Positions 34,857 to 44,076 of a stretch of 46,782 bases of DNA are shown one piece after another. Where the stretch lies: positions 1 to 46,782 of the IMG/VR virus record IMGVR_UViG_3300044667_000043; one strand, 5' to 3'. The translations under genes were made by a program, and so were the position numbers. The DNA is from a virus (Duplodnaviria > Caudoviricetes). Positions within the stretch are counted from its first letter, which is position 1, and each line of letters starts with the position of its first letter. The notes beneath the pieces are model-generated. The model was not told the origin of the DNA, ran no database searches, and saw nothing but the letters and a program-made list of their open reading frames with translations.

Positions 34857-36815
34857 ATGGCTATTTCCCCGACAGTCCGAGTGAATGTCAGCGGTGCTCG
34901 CGGTGCAAGCTACGCCGACATCCTTCGGCAAACGGGGGCCTATGGCACGCTCCCGACAGATAGCGACGCGCAGGCTGTGGCCAGGCCCATCGATGCCACT
35001 CTGGCGCTTGCCGGGGGCGCGGCCAACTACCGAGCGACCCTTGCCGAGGGCGTTGCCGATTTCGCGGTCGGTGAATATTTCAGCAGCGCCGAGACGGGCG
35101 AGTTGCGCATTTACAAGCGCATCGCAACGGCGCCGTTCTACGAGGATCAGGGCGACGAGGTCGCGCCGTTCACAAACGCTCAATACGATGGACAGTTCGC
35201 GCCCGATCGCTCCACGCTGAAGAACACGAGCAACATCAAATATTCGGCGATCTATCTCCAGGAAATAGGACGAGCCGGCACATTCTATTGGCATTTTGGT
35301 GACTACACTGCCGCCGTGGCCGGCGATCCGCAAGAAGGGCTATATATTCCGTCTGACCTGGTCGATCCCTCGATCGGTTGCTGGGTTCGTGATTGGGACG
35401 GCATCCACGGCCAACCAGAATGGTTTCACGACGGCGGTGATTGGCACGCGGCGATTTCGGCGTGCATCGCGCTTTGCCCGATCACTCTTCTGGGAGCGCA
35501 GGATTATCCGATCAGCGACACGTTGGTCATCCAGACCGAGAACCGGATCCTGCGCGGCACGGCGCGTTTCAATCGAACGTCGAACACCGGTTCGCGCATT
35601 ACGATGGCCGATGCCAGCAAGGATATCGTGCAGGTCGGTTACGACGCCCAACCCGCAGGCGTGCCGGAGCAGGATGCGCCGGGGGCCGGCTTCCTCAAGA
35701 ATGTGAAGATCGAGAACCTTGCCATCTGGCGAACCGCGGCCGCCGCGCCTTGGTCGAACATCCTGGACCCGACGACAGTCGGCGCGGGCCTTCGCATCAA
35801 GTACGTGCTCAAGTGCCATTTCCGCGATCTGCTGGTGCAGAACAGCGCCCTCAACGTCTATTCCGGCGGTGCGATCTACACCAAGTTCGACGACGTCGAA
35901 GCGCGCATGGACAGCCCTACTTCGGCGGGCAATTACGATACCTGCCGTGGCTGGTATCTCGATGGCACGATCGTCTACGGCTATTCGGGTGGCAATGCCT
36001 CGATCTATCTGAACCGCTGCGTCGGCGTCGCGGGCCGCAGGACCGGCTCTACGGCGGCCAACGACATCCCCGCCGGCCTGGTCGCCTATGGCGCGTTCGT
36101 CGATACGTTCATTACCGAATTCGAAGTGGCCGGCACGTCCAAGGGCATGATCTTTGATGGAGGAGCTGGGGTATTCGATGTTTGGCCGCGGACGGTCGAT
36201 CTCCATATCAATCACCCGATCCTTGATCAGGTGGATTCGATCGGTCTCGAATGCACCCATACCGGCCCCAATGGATCCATCACGGTAGTCGACCCCTACG
36301 TCGCCTCGAACGGCACGGCCAAGTTCGGGATATCCGCTTCAATCGGGGCCGGCATCTCGATCCTTGGCGGCCAGATCCTCGGGGTTTTCAATAGTGGTGA
36401 CGGCACCGGGACCGATGCTTCGCTACGCTTCGGCATCTGGGACAACGCCACCGTCGTCGGCCTGAGGATTCATGAGAGCGCTGCGCCCGTCACCATGGAA
36501 GGCTGCAACGCGGTCGAAGTGAACTTCACGGCCATCAACGAGACGCAGACCGCCGTGCAAGCGATCAACCTCAAAAGTTGCAACCGCTGCCGCATCATTC
36601 CGAAGATCACCGGCGGCGCCGGCAAGGTCACTTTCGGGATCAATCTCGAAAGCGGCAACTCCAAGCTGTTCATGGATGTGACGGGGATAGCCGATGGCCC
36701 GGTAACGTCGGATCGCATCCGGGTCGGCGGTGCGGGTGGATCGGGAATTGTCAATCAAGGCGTCTCGGGGACGCACTTCATCGTCAACCCAGGCCAGACG
36801 TTCGCAACGTCATGA
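34857..36815 (+). CDS. Tailspike / right-handed beta-helix depolymerase-like receptor-binding protein
   Basis: TLA.G.A..AVG.YF anchor; G.WVR, PEWF, D...AI.ACI, Y.I..TL; beta-helix-like periodicity. Confidence 0.8.
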   Translation: MAISPTVRVNVSGARGASYADILRQTGAYGTLPTDSDAQAVARPIDATLALAGGAANYRATLAEGVADFAVGEYFSSAETGELRIYKRIATAPFYEDQGDEVAPFTNAQYDGQFAPDRSTLKNTSNIKYSAIYLQEIGRAGTFYWHFGDYTAAVAGDPQEGLYIPSDLVDPSIGCWVRDWDGIHGQPEWFHDGGDWHAAISACIALCPITLLGAQDYPISDTLVIQTENRILRGTARFNRTSNTGSRITMADASKDIVQVGYDAQPAGVPEQDAPGAGFLKNVKIENLAIWRTAAAAPWSNILDPTTVGAGLRIKYVLKCHFRDLLVQNSALNVYSGGAIYTKFDDVEARMDSPTSAGNYDTCRGWYLDGTIVYGYSGGNASIYLNRCVGVAGRRTGSTAANDIPAGLVAYGAFVDTFITEFEVAGTSKGMIFDGGAGVFDVWPRTVDLHINHPILDQVDSIGLECTHTGPNGSITVVDPYVASNGTAKFGISASIGAGISILGGQILGVFNSGDGTGTDASLRFGIWDNATVVGLRIHESAAPVTMEGCNAVEVNFTAINETQTAVQAINLKSCNRCRIIPKITGGAGKVTFGINLESGNSKLFMDVTGIADGPVTSDRIRVGGAGGSGIVNQGVSGTHFIVNPGQTFATS

Positions 36816-36867
36816 GCTGGCCTGGGACCTTATTCTCAGTGGGGCGGGGTTACAGGTGCTTCTAGAA

Positions 36868-37206
36868 GTGAGCGACAACAACGACACCCGCTTTCAATTC
36901 GAGATTATCAAGCAGCTTGCCGAGAGCGTGCGAGTGCAAGGCGAGGTGATGCGCGACATCCAAAGCACGCAGATCAGCATGCTCGAGCGCCTTGCCCGGA
37001 TCGAGGAGCACAAGATGCACGAAGCGTTCGGGTCGCTCGCCGCGCGCGTCGACACTCTGGAACGGATCCACGACGAAGAGCGCGGCGCCGAAGGGGTGCG
37101 CAAGGCCATCATGCAATACTGGCCTGCGATCGCCCTCCTGCTCCTGATCATATGGACCGTCGGCAGCGCGCTCGGCTTCTTCCACTTGCCGCAACCGAGG
37201 GGATGA
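36868..37206 (+). CDS. Coiled-coil protein with C-terminal TM (holin/XhlA-like lysis accessory)
   Basis: ERLARIEE...RVDTLE; TM YWPAIALLLLIIWTVGSALGFF; start uncertain. Confidence 0.6.
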   Translation: MSDNNDTRFQFEIIKQLAESVRVQGEVMRDIQSTQISMLERLARIEEHKMHEAFGSLAARVDTLERIHDEERGAEGVRKAIMQYWPAIALLLLIIWTVGSALGFFHLPQPRG

Positions 37207-37207
37207 T

Positions 37208-37894
37208 ATGAACGTCTCTCAACTGCAGACGCGCCTCGCCGCGACCGGCAATTACAAGGGCGCGATCGACGGCCTGTTCGGGCCGCTGACCCGGCAAGCG
37301 ATCCTCGACGGCATGGAGGACGGACCCGACCTTCAGCTGAACAACGCGGATTTCGTCGCGGCCGCATCGAGGCTCGATGTCGAGAAAGCCGCGATTATGG
37401 CGATCAGCGACGTGGAGGCGTCGGGGGCTGCGTTCACCAACGGCAAGCCCACGATCCTATTCGAGCCGCACAGGTTCAGCAAGGCGACCGGGCACCGCTA
37501 CGACGGCACGCACCCGACCATTTCCTCGCGCACATGGAACAAGACGCTGTACCCGCTGACCCAAGCGGGGCGTTGGAAGCAGGTTCTCGACGCCTGCGCG
37601 CTGGACGTGGACGCTGCCTTCGCCTCGGCTAGCTATGGACGGTTCCAGATCCTGGCCGAGAACTATGCCGTGTGCGGCGCACGCGATCCGTTCGCCTTCG
37701 CCTGGCAGGAGAGCCGGACCGAGGGCGACCAGCTCGAGCACTTCATCCGCTTCGTCGAAGGGCGGGGGCTCGTCGATGCGCTGCGCCGCCGCGATTGGGC
37801 TGTGTTCGCGAGGGGCTACAACGGGACGGCTTTCGCTGCCAATTCCTACGATAAGCGCCTGAAGGCGGCCTATGAGCGGAGGCTGAGCGCATGA
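37208..37894 (+). CDS. Endolysin: peptidoglycan-binding domain plus N-acetylmuramidase (DUF3380)
   Basis: LQ..L...G.Y.GAIDGLFGPLT; VEA.G, ILFEPH.F, SYG.FQI, W..FA..YNG. Confidence 0.92.
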   Translation: MNVSQLQTRLAATGNYKGAIDGLFGPLTRQAILDGMEDGPDLQLNNADFVAAASRLDVEKAAIMAISDVEASGAAFTNGKPTILFEPHRFSKATGHRYDGTHPTISSRTWNKTLYPLTQAGRWKQVLDACALDVDAAFASASYGRFQILAENYAVCGARDPFAFAWQESRTEGDQLEHFIRFVEGRGLVDALRRRDWAVFARGYNGTAFAANSYDKRLKAAYERRLSA

Positions 37895-38226
37895 GCCTTT
37901 CGTCGCGCGAGCAGCTCGTCGCCTTCCTGGCGCTCATCGCGGCCATTCTCGTTCTCGGCCTCGCGCCTGTCGTGACCGCGGGCATCATGGGCAAGCCACT
38001 GCCCGATGCTTTGATCGCCGTCAGTGACAAGACCGTGACCGGCTTGGTCGGCGTGCTCGGCAGCCTTGCGACGCTAGTTTTCCGCACGAACCGCGTCGAC
38101 GAAGCCAAGGCCGAAAACACCGGCAAGGCCTTCGAGGCGATCACCGCCGCGGCTCAAGTAGCACCAGCGCCGCAACCCGTCATCGTCGCCAATGATGAAC
38201 CTATTCCGGTAGAGCCGAAGGCATGA
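37891..38226 (+). CDS. Holin candidate (two TM segments)
   Basis: LVAFLALIAAILVLGLA and TGLVGVLGSLATLVF; follows endolysin. Confidence 0.65.
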   Translation: MSLSSREQLVAFLALIAAILVLGLAPVVTAGIMGKPLPDALIAVSDKTVTGLVGVLGSLATLVFRTNRVDEAKAENTGKAFEAITAAAQVAPAPQPVIVANDEPIPVEPKA

Positions 38227-38507
38227 CGGACGCTCCGCCCCAGTTGCGCCCAGGCCAGACGCTTGAGCAGCATCAGGCCGAAGTCGCCGCCTGGGCCGGA
38301 TATGGCAGTGTCGACGAGCTCAACCGCGACCACGATCCGATGCACGCTGCGCTTGCGACGCTCTTCGGCGTGACGAGCTATGCGCTGCGGCATGCCGCCG
38401 GCGAGAAGCTGACCAACGAGGAAATGGTCCTGGCCGTGCTCGAGGAGACGGCTGTCCTCTATTGCCAGCGGTGGATTGCCCACGCCGGCGGGAAGGTGGT
38501 GCGATGA
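38223..38507 (+). CDS. Hypothetical protein within the lysis cassette
   Basis: ATGA-coupled at both ends. Confidence 0.6.
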   Translation: MTDAPPQLRPGQTLEQHQAEVAAWAGYGSVDELNRDHDPMHAALATLFGVTSYALRHAAGEKLTNEEMVLAVLEETAVLYCQRWIAHAGGKVVR

Positions 38508-39049
38508 TCCCGCTTCTCCCCGCTCTCAAATCTGCCGCCTCATGGCTTCTCAGCGCCCTCGCCAAGCATCCATGGCAGACGGCCTGCCTTTTGCTCCTGT
38601 GCGCCTCTGTGTGGCTCTGGCGGGGCTGGGATGCGGAAAAGGCCGGACGGAAGGATGACGCTGCGAAGGTCGCGGCGGCGCAGCAGAAAGCCACGACCGA
38701 TCAGATCATCGTCAACCACGTCCCGGCCGCCAAGTCGCAGGCCATCGCGGAGAAGTCGAATGCCGAAGCACAGAGCTACTATGAGGAAGGCCGCCGCGCT
38801 GGGCTTGCCTATGCTGATGCTCACCGCGTGCGGGCACAAACTGCCTGTCCGATCAGCGACGCCGATTTGCCCGGAGCCGATCGTCCTGCCGCGGTCGATG
38901 ACGGATCAGGTGTCGCTTCCGGCATGGTTGCCCTTTCCCAAGCCGACTTCGATCTCCTTACGGGCAACAGCCTCAGGCTCGCCAAGGTGCATCAGGACGC
39001 CGAATCCCTGATCACTGCTGGCGTGGCAGTGGCGAGTGTCCAGCCCTAG
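38504..39049 (+). CDS. i-spanin (Rz-like)
   Basis: N-terminal TM WQTACLLLLCASVWLW then Ala/Gln-rich helix. Confidence 0.75.
   Translation: MIPLLPALKSAASWLLSALAKHPWQTACLLLLCASVWLWRGWDAEKAGRKDDAAKVAAAQQKATTDQIIVNHVPAAKSQAIAEKSNAEAQSYYEEGRRAGLAYADAHRVRAQTACPISDADLPGADRPAAVDDGSGVASGMVALSQADFDLLTGNSLRLAKVHQDAESLITAGVAVASVQP
38781..39011 (+). CDS. o-spanin (Rz1-like) embedded in the +1 frame
   Basis: MRKAAALGLPMLMLTAC lipobox; Pro-rich. Confidence 0.7.
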   Translation: MRKAAALGLPMLMLTACGHKLPVRSATPICPEPIVLPRSMTDQVSLPAWLPFPKPTSISLRATASGSPRCIRTPNP

Positions 39050-40305
39050 AACACCGGCGTGATCTTCCGCAGCTCGCCTGCGGTCCCATCCGTGATGATC
39101 CAGAGCGCGCCGCCTGGCCCTTCGACGATATCGCGGGTGCGAGCGCCAACATTGATGCGCTGAACCTCGGTTGCCGTTGCGCCATCTATATGAACGCGGA
39201 CAAGCGCCTTGGATGCGAGACCGGTCAGCAGCAGGTCGCCCTTCCAGTTGGGGAACTGATCCCCCTTGTAGAGCAGCATCCCCGCTGGCGCGATAACGGG
39301 CGTCCACGTTAGAGGCGAAGGTTCGAAGCCGTCGCCCGGGGCAGGCTTGGGGAGCGGCCCGCCGGTGCCGTAGTTGTCGCCATATGAGACCGCGGGCCAA
39401 CCGTAGTTCTTGGCTGGCAGGATCACGTTGAGCTCGTCCCCGCCATTTGGCCCCATTTCGCTCTCGATCAGCCGGCCGTCAGGGATGAAGATAAGGCCAT
39501 ACTGGTTGCGATGACCGAGCGTCCAAATCTCCCCACGCGCGCCCGCCGTTCCGACATAGGGATTGTCGGACGGGATAGAGCCGTCGAGGTTGAGGCGCAC
39601 GGTCTTGCCGAGATTGTTGTCCAGGCTGAACAGGAAAGTGGAATCGAGCTCCTGCCGATCGCCCGATGTGATGAACACCTTCTGCCCGTCCGGTGAGAAG
39701 GCAATGCGCCCGCCGGGCTCGCCCGATCCTGGGAATGTGCAGATGGTCGGGACTTGGCGGAAGATCTCCGACACACCACTGAGGCTCGCCGCACCGGACG
39801 CCTCCGCCAGCGTCGCTCGAGCGACCATCATGCGTTCGGGGAAGGTGGTAAGATCATCCTTCGCGCGCCCTACTCGCGGTTCCGACGTATCGCGCACCAT
39901 ATAGCTGAAATAAATCATGTGCGATGTCGTGAAGTCCGGCGCGAGTTCCACGTCGAGGACGCCGATGTTCGTCGGTAGGCCGCTGATCGGCGTAATCGCG
40001 CCGTCCTGCGTCACGATGTTCAGGCCGCCAGTCGCGCTGCGCTGGGTGATCAAGAATCGACCATCGGGCAGCATCTTAATCGACCAGGGCGTGTCGAAGG
40101 ACGCGATCGCGGCAGATTGCGTTATTCCGGTGACGGCGACCGGTGTCGGCGCAGGCGTTGGCGTGGGGACAGGCGTCGGCTCTGGTGTTGGGGTGGGTGA
40201 CGGCGCGGGCGTCTCACTGGTAGGGCCATTCGATCCGTCACTCCCGCCGCAACTCGCAAGCGTCAGGCTCGCGGCTATCGCGATCGCCAACTTAGAGACC
40301 CGCAT
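39046..40305 (-). CDS. PQQ-dependent sugar dehydrogenase (GSDH/YliI family) lipoprotein
   Basis: Lipobox LASC, Pro/Thr linker; PW....LPDG, GGRIAF, GK..R, P.DNP, GHRN..G, EMGP.GGDELN, NYGWP, IAP.G, R.RD. Confidence 0.92.
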   Translation of the reverse strand: MRVSKLAIAIAASLTLASCGGSDGSNGPTSETPAPSPTPTPEPTPVPTPTPAPTPVAVTGITQSAAIASFDTPWSIKMLPDGRFLITQRSATGGLNIVTQDGAITPISGLPTNIGVLDVELAPDFTTSHMIYFSYMVRDTSEPRVGRAKDDLTTFPERMMVARATLAEASGAASLSGVSEIFRQVPTICTFPGSGEPGGRIAFSPDGQKVFITSGDRQELDSTFLFSLDNNLGKTVRLNLDGSIPSDNPYVGTAGARGEIWTLGHRNQYGLIFIPDGRLIESEMGPNGGDELNVILPAKNYGWPAVSYGDNYGTGGPLPKPAPGDGFEPSPLTWTPVIAPAGMLLYKGDQFPNWKGDLLLTGLASKALVRVHIDGATATEVQRINVGARTRDIVEGPGGALWIITDGTAGELRKITPVF

Positions 40306-40764
40306 GAATTCCCCCTATTCCCTGTACCGTTCATGCGCGGCTCGGGCACGGTATTCAAGATGTTCAATGCAGATATCGCAGATTAGGCCGCTAAACCGCG
40401 CATGCCCTAACCCCACCCACGCTCCCACGCGTGCCGCCTCGCAGCCTCGTCCATCCGCGAGCGCCTGACGGCGGCTTGGAATATCCTGTCAGCCCCCTCG
40501 ACAGGTTTACGCTTGTCGCGGTTGCCGTGGAAGAAGCGGAGAACCTCGCGCTCCCATTCCTTGTCGGTGTTGTCCATGCGGGGAGTAGAACGCATGGGGG
40601 AACGAGTCGGTCAAGGGGTGGCTGGCCCCAACTCCTCCAAAGCCTTCCTAAGCTCTCCCAGCGCCTGTGCCAGCCTCTCTGGACAAGGCCTGTCCAAATG
40701 CGCCAGCGCTACCTTCTGGAACGCGCCGGCCTGTCTCGCGGCTTCGTGTAGGGGCCAGTAGGGG

Positions 40765-40947
40765 TCAGGCATCCCCAGCTTCCAGTTTCCTGATCACTGG
40801 GTTGATGCGCGGATTGTCCACTTGTTCAATGATCGCCTGCACAAACTCGCCTTCCGTAAGTTCACTATCCGGGTGAAGAATATCGCGAACAAGCTCGACG
40901 ATGGTCAGGATGGCTTCGGCGAGCACGGATTGATCGTCGGGACTCAT
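40765..40947 (-). CDS. Hypothetical protein
   Basis: MSPDDQSVLAE...; ATGA coupled. Confidence 0.55.
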   Translation of the reverse strand: MSPDDQSVLAEAILTIVELVRDILHPDSELTEGEFVQAIIEQVDNPRINPVIRKLEAGDA

Positions 40948-41126
40948 GGCCGGTCCTTCATGGCTGCCGTGGGGTCGAACAAGCTGATCTCGGTGTAGAG
41001 GCCATTGCATCGCCTCCAAACCCATTGCAGCCAGATGATCTGCTTAACGTCACCGTCGCTGAGATAGATCGGCAAAAGGGCAAACCGCTTCCGCCACCCG
41101 CTGTCACGCCAGCGCAGAATCATCAC
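40944..41126 (-). CDS. Trp-rich small phage protein
   Basis: W.K.FA.LP......WL..VWRR pattern. Confidence 0.6.
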   Translation of the reverse strand: MMILRWRDSGWRKRFALLPIYLSDGDVKQIIWLQWVWRRCNGLYTEISLFDPTAAMKDRP

Positions 41127-41341
41127 CCCTCCTCCCCAGCATGAGCGGCGGGGGTGCGGTGCTTGGCGAGGATGGCTTGTGCAAGTGCAACGCCTGCATA
41201 GCCAGCACCTAGATCACGCCGCATGGCCCGCTCCAGCGCTTCCAGCGCCCCAAGTAGCTCGTTGATACAGTCGTCTTTGGTTCGCAATTTAGCCAAATCC
41301 TCCACCGTATAGCGGCTGTCATCCGGCGGGATATGGCCCAT
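41123..41341 (-). CDS. Hypothetical protein
   Basis: GAAGGA SD; ELLGALE...A.A..AK. Confidence 0.55.
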   Translation of the reverse strand: MGHIPPDDSRYTVEDLAKLRTKDDCINELLGALEALERAMRRDLGAGYAGVALAQAILAKHRTPAAHAGEEG

Positions 41342-41348
41342 CGTTCCT

Positions 41349-41663
41349 TCAGCCAACGTCCGTCTCCTTGGGTAGGTGGTCGCCTCGCTCCACGCGATCA
41401 GCGATAAGAACGAGGGTGGGGCTAAGTGTAGGGGAGACATAGATCGCTTGTTGGTGCAAATACTTCACCACAGCCGCCCGCTCCTCCTCGGCCCGCGTGT
41501 GCTGGTATGCAAGGCGATGGCGGGCGAAGGCTTGGCACATATCAGCATACCGCCGATCCTCCGCGCCAGTGTTCCGATAGTCGGTGGCATCCTCGACAGT
41601 TTTGTAGCCGAGCGCTTCTGCTGCGGCCAATCGATCCGCCTCGGTGATCTCAATCTCGCTCAT
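41349..41663 (-). CDS. Hypothetical protein
   Basis: IT.ADR.AAA...QAFARHR pattern; strong SD. Confidence 0.7.
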   Translation of the reverse strand: MSEIEITEADRLAAAEALGYKTVEDATDYRNTGAEDRRYADMCQAFARHRLAYQHTRAEEERAAVVKYLHQQAIYVSPTLSPTLVLIADRVERGDHLPKETDVG

Positions 41664-42016
41664 CGGGATTGTTCCTCCTTATGGGAGAGGGCTGCGCGAG
41701 AGGCATCACGCAGTTGGTTCCATGCGTCTAGTGACGGCGAACTGCACACTGTGAGAGGCTGCCCTTTCGGACCGGAGCAGTGCTTCTCGATGAAAGCATT
41801 CACCACAGCCTCCAGCGCGGCTATCTGCTCCTGCTGGGCGGTGAGGGCGGTGGTTTCGGAACGTGTGTTCCAAGCCGCGCGAGCTTCAGCCATGGTGGAC
41901 TGCATCGGCCCCTCGCATTGACAAGCATCGCAGCCGAACCAATGCACGCCGGTGTTATGATAGCGCGGCTTCTTATGCCCGCAGAACGGACAGCCCTTCA
42001 GCTCAATCTCGCTCAC
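41660..42016 (-). CDS. Lar-family restriction-alleviation protein
   Basis: ELK.CPFCG...C..C...GP......A..AWNTR signature. Confidence 0.82.
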   Translation of the reverse strand: MSEIELKGCPFCGHKKPRYHNTGVHWFGCDACQCEGPMQSTMAEARAAWNTRSETTALTAQQEQIAALEAVVNAFIEKHCSGPKGQPLTVCSSPSLDAWNQLRDASRAALSHKEEQSR

Positions 42017-42270
42017 TGTTCCATCTCCTTTGGCTCGGCCAGCGAACGTGTCTCTTCGTCGAAACGAACGCCCTGTCTCATGAGGTCGAGGACGCCCTCC
42101 AGGCACCATTCCGCTGCTCTGAAAAAACGAGCGGCAATCGTCGCGTCGGCCTCGATCACGTGCGAAGGCATGTCCTCAAGCGCGACACGGATTGAGCCAT
42201 CCGACATGCGGTACAGCGACAGCGAGCAAAGATAGCTTCCTTGCCCGGATTGGAGCGGCACAACACTCAC
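42013..42270 (-). CDS. Hypothetical protein
   Basis: AAGGAG SD, GTGA coupling. Confidence 0.6.
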   Translation of the reverse strand: MSVVPLQSGQGSYLCSLSLYRMSDGSIRVALEDMPSHVIEADATIAARFFRAAEWCLEGVLDLMRQGVRFDEETRSLAEPKEMEQ

Positions 42271-42569
42271 TGTTCCATCTCCTTGGATTGGGCTCTGGCG
42301 CGGAGGGCGGCTAATTCGGCGTCTGTGATCAGTTCATAAGCGTGAGCGTCTTCGGCTGCGCAGGACGCGCAGTAGGCGTCGCAATCATCATATTCTGGAT
42401 GCGGCGAGGACCAAAACACTGGCGCGCCGCGCGGAATATCGTGATCCGCCTCGGTGTCGTGCTCGCTACGATCCCAGCAGCCAGCGCACATGACTTCGCC
42501 ATCGCTGGGGCGCTCCCCCAAGCTTCGCCAGCCACTAAGAACGTTTGCCAGTTGTTCGAGATCAGTCAT
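42267..42569 (-). CDS. Hypothetical Zn-binding protein
   Basis: CAGC...YCASC; ATGA coupled. Confidence 0.6.
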   Translation of the reverse strand: MTDLEQLANVLSGWRSLGERPSDGEVMCAGCWDRSEHDTEADHDIPRGAPVFWSSPHPEYDDCDAYCASCAAEDAHAYELITDAELAALRARAQSKEMEQ

Positions 42570-42754
42570 GGGGCTTCCTTGGTGGGGCCAGCAAGCGCTT
42601 CGAGCGCCTCCTTGGCGCGCTGGACGGCATATTCGCGCGGCACCTCACGGCCGAAGTCGATCGCGGTCCATTCGGCGCCGATCTGGACCTTGACATGCCG
42701 CACGGTCTCGATGGGCTTCGGGACAATCAAGGCCATCTCACGCTCCTTCGCCAT
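42566..42754 (-). CDS. Hypothetical protein
   Basis: Small ORF in the coupled array; start uncertain. Confidence 0.45.
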   Translation of the reverse strand: MAKEREMALIVPKPIETVRHVKVQIGAEWTAIDFGREVPREYAVQRAKEALEALAGPTKEAP

Positions 42755-42799
42755 GTGTGGTGTTGCAGCCCTGGGCGGCGCAGGGCACGCGGGGGTGGG

Positions 42800-43012
42800 T
42801 CATGCCGGGCGTTCCGGCTCAAAACCTGATCCATCACACCCGTAGCAAGGTCGGTCGCCGATCCACATGTCGCCACCGCAGGTCTTGCACCACGTCTCCG
42901 GCCGCGATCCCAACAGACAGGGGTCGCAGTCGTTGCAGGCGAAGTTGTGACCGGCCGGCCAGCTTGTGACGGCGCATTTGTTGCGCGACGCCGCGGGATG
43001 GGCCGTCATCAA
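42800..43012 (-). CDS. Cys-rich zinc-finger protein
   Basis: CNDCDPC, CKTCGG, CYGCDGSG. Confidence 0.6.
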   Translation of the reverse strand: MMTAHPAASRNKCAVTSWPAGHNFACNDCDPCLLGSRPETWCKTCGGDMWIGDRPCYGCDGSGFEPERPA

Positions 43013-43215
43013 TATGGGCTCCCATCTTGACAGTATCCGCTGATGCCAAGCTCCTCTTCGTCGCTCAGCTCTTCGAACTGCGCGCAGGCCGGGTCATCCC
43101 CGCGCTGGCTATGGAAATGCCGGTTGCAGAAGCTCGGCACACGCGAGCGGTGCAGCATGTAGCCTTTGTGCCAGTGCCGGCATTCGTCGCACTGGTTATG
43201 CGGCTTGCGGTCCAT
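43009..43215 (-). CDS. Cys-rich small protein
   Basis: CDECRHW...C...C..FE. Confidence 0.55.
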   Translation of the reverse strand: MDRKPHNQCDECRHWHKGYMLHRSRVPSFCNRHFHSQRGDDPACAQFEELSDEEELGISGYCQDGSPY

Positions 43216-43426
43216 CGGGGTTCTCCCAAAAAGGTTCGTGGGCAGGGACGTATCGAACGCCCCCGTCGAAGGGCTTGAAGCCCCACTTGCGGATGAAACG
43301 ACCATCGTTGCTGAAGCGGACGTAGATCGTCGGGCGCTCATGCGGGGCTTGGGGGAATCGTCCATGGCCTTGTTCCTCCCCTTCCCCAAAAGCCCGCGCA
43401 TGCTCCGGGCTGAGAGCGCAGCTCAT
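43196..43426 (-). CDS. Hypothetical protein
   Basis: IY..FS.DG..IRKW...PF. Confidence 0.55.
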   Translation of the reverse strand: MSCALSPEHARAFGEGEEQGHGRFPQAPHERPTIYVRFSNDGRFIRKWGFKPFDGGVRYVPAHEPFWENPDGPQAA

Positions 43427-43608
43427 ATTTTGATTCCCGGATAAGTAGCGCGCAGGTATGCTTCGATTTCAGTGTTGCGCTCGATGGTGCTGTTCTCTGG
43501 CTTGCCGACCGAACCCGCCCATTCAAGGAAGTTCAGATACCGGCAAACATCGCATTCCTCACAGTCGACATCGGGGCCGCAGTCAGTGATGGCATGAAGC
43601 CCGCTCAC
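43423..43608 (-). CDS. Hypothetical protein
   Basis: GTGA-coupled; CEECDVC. Confidence 0.5.
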   Translation of the reverse strand: MSGLHAITDCGPDVDCEECDVCRYLNFLEWAGSVGKPENSTIERNTEIEAYLRATYPGIKI

Positions 43609-43847
43609 GACGGCTGCCTCCCCGCATTGATGCACTCGTGGAAGTAGAGAACCGCCGCATCAGCACAGCGGCGGAAGTTGTCGGCGAGGCCTGGGTTGAG
43701 GCGATCCGCATCGTTCAGGGCGAACGTCGCCGACATACCTGTCGGCGGCTTAGCTCCGATCGCTGCTACCAACATTCTCAAGGCGAGTTCGTCGCGCGGT
43801 ATCTCGATCCCGAGAAGCGTGCGCTTGGCTTTTTGAACCGCGCTCAC
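43605..43847 (-). CDS. Hypothetical protein, first gene after attP
   Basis: GAGGG SD; VSAVQKAKRTLLG... Confidence 0.55.
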   Translation of the reverse strand: MSAVQKAKRTLLGIEIPRDELALRMLVAAIGAKPPTGMSATFALNDADRLNPGLADNFRRCADAAVLYFHECINAGRQPS

Positions 43848-43892
43848 CGCACCGCCCTCGGCACCGGATGGGGGGAGGAAAGGTCGCCGTTT

Positions 43893-44076
43893 CGGTTTAC
43901 ACTTGACCGGCAAGTGACGGAAGGCTGCGGCTGTCCAAGGCGGCGGTTTACAGAACTATCGTTGAAAAACAACGATGCTCCGCGATTTGTAATCAGGGGG
44001 TCGCGGGTTCGAAGCCTGCAGTCGGCACCATTTTTCAATGACTTAGCGAAGTCAGTGATAGCCGGTTTACACTTGA
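43893..44076. repeat. Candidate integrase arm-type sites CGGTTTACA(CTTGA) flanking attP
   Basis: Copies at 43893-43906, 43944-43952, 44063-44076; IHF-like TTTCAATGACTTA just after the core. Confidence 0.7.
43984..44030 (+). other. attP: 3' half of tRNA-Thr(UGU)
   Basis: GAT-TTGTAAT-CAGGGGGTC-GCGGG-TTCGAAG-CCTGC-AGTCGGCACCA: anticodon TGT, T arm and CCA, no 5' half; next to the integrase 3' end. Confidence 0.9.

Noticed and set aside
43984-44030. Functional phage tRNA-Thr
   Set aside because: The 5' acceptor strand and D arm are missing; position next to int indicates attP.
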